A DNA stretch of 33,516 nucleotides from an uncultured archaeon. GTDB lineage: Archaea > Iainarchaeota > Iainarchaeia > Iainarchaeales > VGJJ01. The notes beneath the pieces are model-generated. The model did not search any database and had not been told where the DNA came from. It saw only the letters and a program-made list of their open reading frames with translations. Made by a program: the position numbers and the translations under genes. The stretch's first letter is position 1, and each line of letters starts with the position of its first letter. Positions 31,644 through 33,516 of the stretch are shown here, in pieces. The stretch is taken from the NCBI GenBank assembly GCA_964356075.1, contig CAYHGC010000001.1:1-33516 (forward strand). The letters run 5' to 3'.

Positions 31644-32072
31644 TTGACGATGTATGGAAAATACCCCAACTTTCGAACGGACGTAGCAGTGAATGCCAAT
31701 GGAACCACCATTAACACGCGCGCCTATTTCGAAGTGGGCGGCGATAAAACGTATACCTGTTCTGACTATGGCGGAACGTGGAGTTGCTCGGATAATACAG
31801 CCTACGAAGCCTATTCCTCTCCTGCAACCCAAGCATCTGATCCCGACTTCACATTTGAGGCGGACGGGACCATGGTTGTAGCCGGAGAAAATGGAACGTG
31901 CTTCAAGGGTCAACGTGTTTCAAAACCTGAACAGACATTCAAGTTCTGCTACACCACGGACGGAATCCTCGTGTATTCCGTTTCCAATAGTGGACAAGGA
32001 TACACGAACGAGATGACTGCCACAAGCGTTGTGCGCGGAATTGATAATTCGGTATTCACGTTGCCGGCCTAA
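31644..32072 (+). CDS. Cys-containing secreted-type domain protein; 5' end unresolved (frame is open from 31383)
   Basis: 142 aa from the first ATG. The same frame is open a further 87 codons upstream and encodes a Thr-rich linker without any ATG, GTG or TTG until 31638. Followed by a hairpin+T-run. Confidence 0.5.
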   Translation: MTMYGKYPNFRTDVAVNANGTTINTRAYFEVGGDKTYTCSDYGGTWSCSDNTAYEAYSSPATQASDPDFTFEADGTMVVAGENGTCFKGQRVSKPEQTFKFCYTTDGILVYSVSNSGQGYTNEMTATSVVRGIDNSVFTLPA

Positions 32073-32074
32073 AT

Positions 32075-32863
32075 TCAATATTTGAGGGAGGGGAGTATTC
32101 CCCCCTCTTTTCTATTTTTTAACGTGATCAGCAATTCATGTCCTAACCAGAGTACATCGACGTGTTTTCGAATGTGTTTGAATGTTTCACGCAAACGAAT
32201 CGCGCCTTCAAATCCGGCATCGGCGTACCCATTCAATCCTACTTCCGTAAACGTTAAACCACTCGTCATCAAACATCCCTTTCGTGTTAAACGAGGAAGA
32301 TATTGCGTGATGAGCGTGTCCAATCCCCTCATTTCGAGGAGTGCTAATTCTTTGAGTTGGAGACTCACATCTCTACTCACTTTCTTTCCCGCCGTTCGTT
32401 CGACTTCCGTACGAAATCTCAGCGCTTCTTTTCTCCCAGAAGGGGTTGCCCCAAATCCTCCCGATAATCCCAACACGGACTGGGCCAAAATGACATCGAA
32501 CATTCTCCCTTCTCTCAATGGGGGTCGATGCAAATCTCCACTTAGTTTGGGAATTTTCCTCCTTTCTCCTTTGAAATAGGATTGAACATGCGGGGTTGCA
32601 TGATAAAGCGGGTCCATCATCACGATATTTTTGGGGCTCACTCCTCGCCGGGACATCATTTCAATGGCTGCAAAACCATCGGCCGCGCCAATGTCCAACA
32701 CTCGAGATGTGGGACTCAATCGGTCCAGAACTCTTCGTTCAATTTCAGGATGGTAAATAAATCGTTTCTCAAAAATGGGAATGGTTGCTTCGCGCGGTTG
32801 TACAGGAGTGGTTCGACGTGAACGAGAGGGACGGTTTCTCTTTCCTCGCGGAGTGGGTTTCAT
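32075..32863 (-). CDS. Class I SAM-dependent methyltransferase with basic N-terminal tail
   Basis: Motif I RVLDIGAADGFAAIEM. N-terminus MKPTPRGKRNRPSRSRRTT. ATG 32863 is preferred over tracked TTG 32869. Confidence 0.65.
   Translation of the reverse strand: MKPTPRGKRNRPSRSRRTTPVQPREATIPIFEKRFIYHPEIERRVLDRLSPTSRVLDIGAADGFAAIEMMSRRGVSPKNIVMMDPLYHATPHVQSYFKGERRKIPKLSGDLHRPPLREGRMFDVILAQSVLGLSGGFGATPSGRKEALRFRTEVERTAGKKVSRDVSLQLKELALLEMRGLDTLITQYLPRLTRKGCLMTSGLTFTEVGLNGYADAGFEGAIRLRETFKHIRKHVDVLWLGHELLITLKNRKEGGILPSLKY
32084..32120 (+). terminator. GC hairpin plus T-run
   Basis: GGGGA-GTAT-TCCCC core (32090-32103) with extended G/C flanks, then TTTTCTATTTTTT. It lies inside the 3' coding end of the convergent methyltransferase gene. 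Confidence 0.45.
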
Positions 32864-32881
32864 TCCCAAAGAAGCCAGGCG

Positions 32882-32897
32882 ATATATATATAATTAA
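32882..32897 (-). promoter_or_regulatory. TATA box for the methyltransferase gene (leaderless-type spacing)
   Basis: On the minus strand, TTATATATATAT is followed by 18 nt and then ATG 32863. Confidence 0.45.
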
Positions 32898-32938
32898 GCA
32901 AAAAAAGAAATGACGGGGAAGTTCCCCATCCTGTATTT

Positions 32939-33058
32939 TTACGTCTTCATTATTTTCTTTCCAACGGCGCGGTGCTTAACGCGTCCTTTTCCGCCTTTCG
33001 TTTTCTTTGCTCGCTTAACGGCGGCCGCCATTCGGGTTCCGCGTGTTTTTTTAGCCAT
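32939..33058 (-). CDS. 39-aa highly basic protein (not in the ORF track)
   Basis: Reads MAKKTRGTRMAAAVKRAKKTKGGKGRVKHRAVGKKIMKT. AGGAG lies 9 nt upstream of the ATG. Downstream is the hairpin GGGGAACTTCCCC followed by a T-run. 16 of 39 residues are Lys or Arg, and there are no Asp or Glu. Confidence 0.55.
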   Translation of the reverse strand: MAKKTRGTRMAAAVKRAKKTKGGKGRVKHRAVGKKIMKT

Positions 33059-33268
33059 TTTTGTTTTTCTCCTTTTTTTCTAGGATCCGCTCATGATTTA
33101 TGAGGGGATTAGATGATGGATAATACTCCAATCTTCGTATAAAGTCGTCACTTTGAGAAATGAATCAGTGCAATATCTCACAATACTCCGTAATACATCG
33201 GCCTATAAACTCGAACCACCTTAGTTAGGCTATGGCTTATTTGTTTGTCTCGGGTTTCGTTCACTAAA

Positions 33269-33478
33269 ATGGTTGAATTCATTACGCTTGGTCCCATTCT
33301 TTCCGTTGTATTGTTGGCGCTGCTGATTATCATCGCGCTTAAATTTGGAAAAAGTATTGTGTGGTTGGTTCTCAATAGCTTAATTGGGATGCTTTTTCTC
33401 ATCGTCGTGAATTTTTTGCCGTTTATAAACATCACGATTAAAATTTGGTGCATTTTGATTATATTTTTTGAACAATAA
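33269..33478 (+). CDS. Small membrane protein, BofA-like (tentative)
   Basis: MVEFITLGPILSVVLLALLIIIALKFGKSIVWLVLNSLIGMLFLIVVNFLPFINITI... resembles the BofA family pattern (K..W...N...G...L..VN....I.IN). Confidence 0.4.
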   Translation: MVEFITLGPILSVVLLALLIIIALKFGKSIVWLVLNSLIGMLFLIVVNFLPFINITIKIWCILIIFFEQ

Positions 33479-33516
33479 AATTTTTGGCATAGAGAATAAA
33501 AAATTATTAAAAATAG

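Noticed and set aside
31379-31913. Minus-strand ORFs 31379-31591 and 31620-31913
   Set aside because: They are Val/Gly-rich mirror images of the plus-strand Thr-rich and Cys-domain frame. The plus frame has protein-like composition and a terminator.
32082-32579. 165-aa plus-strand ORF
   Set aside because: It is antisense to the methyltransferase ORF, which carries SAM-binding motif I and its own TATA-spaced start.
1-33516. CRISPR arrays, rRNA genes, IS elements with terminal inverted repeats
   Set aside because: I saw no regularly spaced repeats, no rRNA-like conserved stretches and no transposase ORFs. The only mobile signature is the tRNA-Tyr att array.

Overview
This 33.5-kb chromosomal segment is probably from a small-genome archaeon, possibly DPANN-like. 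The evidence for Archaea is a tRNA-Tyr with a C1-G72 pair and a short variable arm, no encoded CCA, and TATA-like boxes about 25-30 nt upstream of many start codons. Strong GGAGG-type RBSs and hairpin+T-run terminators are also present.

Layout:
- 1-8.1 kb: a copper and extracytoplasmic thiol-redox region. It holds a copA fragment, an HMA-fused Met-rich membrane protein, copZ, cupredoxin proteins, two wHTH regulators, a cupredoxin/beta-propeller fusion, a CcdA-like protein, a double ATP-cone protein, a VKOR-like protein and an orphan EncFtn-type ferritin.
- 8.1-17.2 kb: housekeeping and orphan genes. These are a dNK-like kinase, TPM+LemA, a 2Fe-2S ferredoxin, two tandem paralogue pairs, tRNA-Pro, and a ferredoxin-DUF4346/Nudix/MutY operon.
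- 17.25-26.98 kb: the most notable locus. tRNA-Tyr(GUA) is followed by two tandem integrated elements bounded by three direct copies of the tRNA 3' segment. The first element is about 8.1 kb and has a tyrosine integrase, a P-loop replication-type ATPase and several proteins with no recognisable domain, including a membrane-tethered PIN-like protein. The second is about 1.5 kb, has no integrase, and carries a non-canonical UDG-fold gene and a RelE/ParE-type TA pair.
- 27-33.5 kb: small stress and DUF genes (DinB, DUF2200, DUF1801, DUF4256, two RibD_C), a ROK kinase, a Thr-rich ORF with no start codon, a SAM methyltransferase, an untracked 39-aa ultra-basic ORF and a BofA-like membrane protein.

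No CRISPR array or rRNA was seen. All functional calls come from motif recognition by eye, not from database searches.
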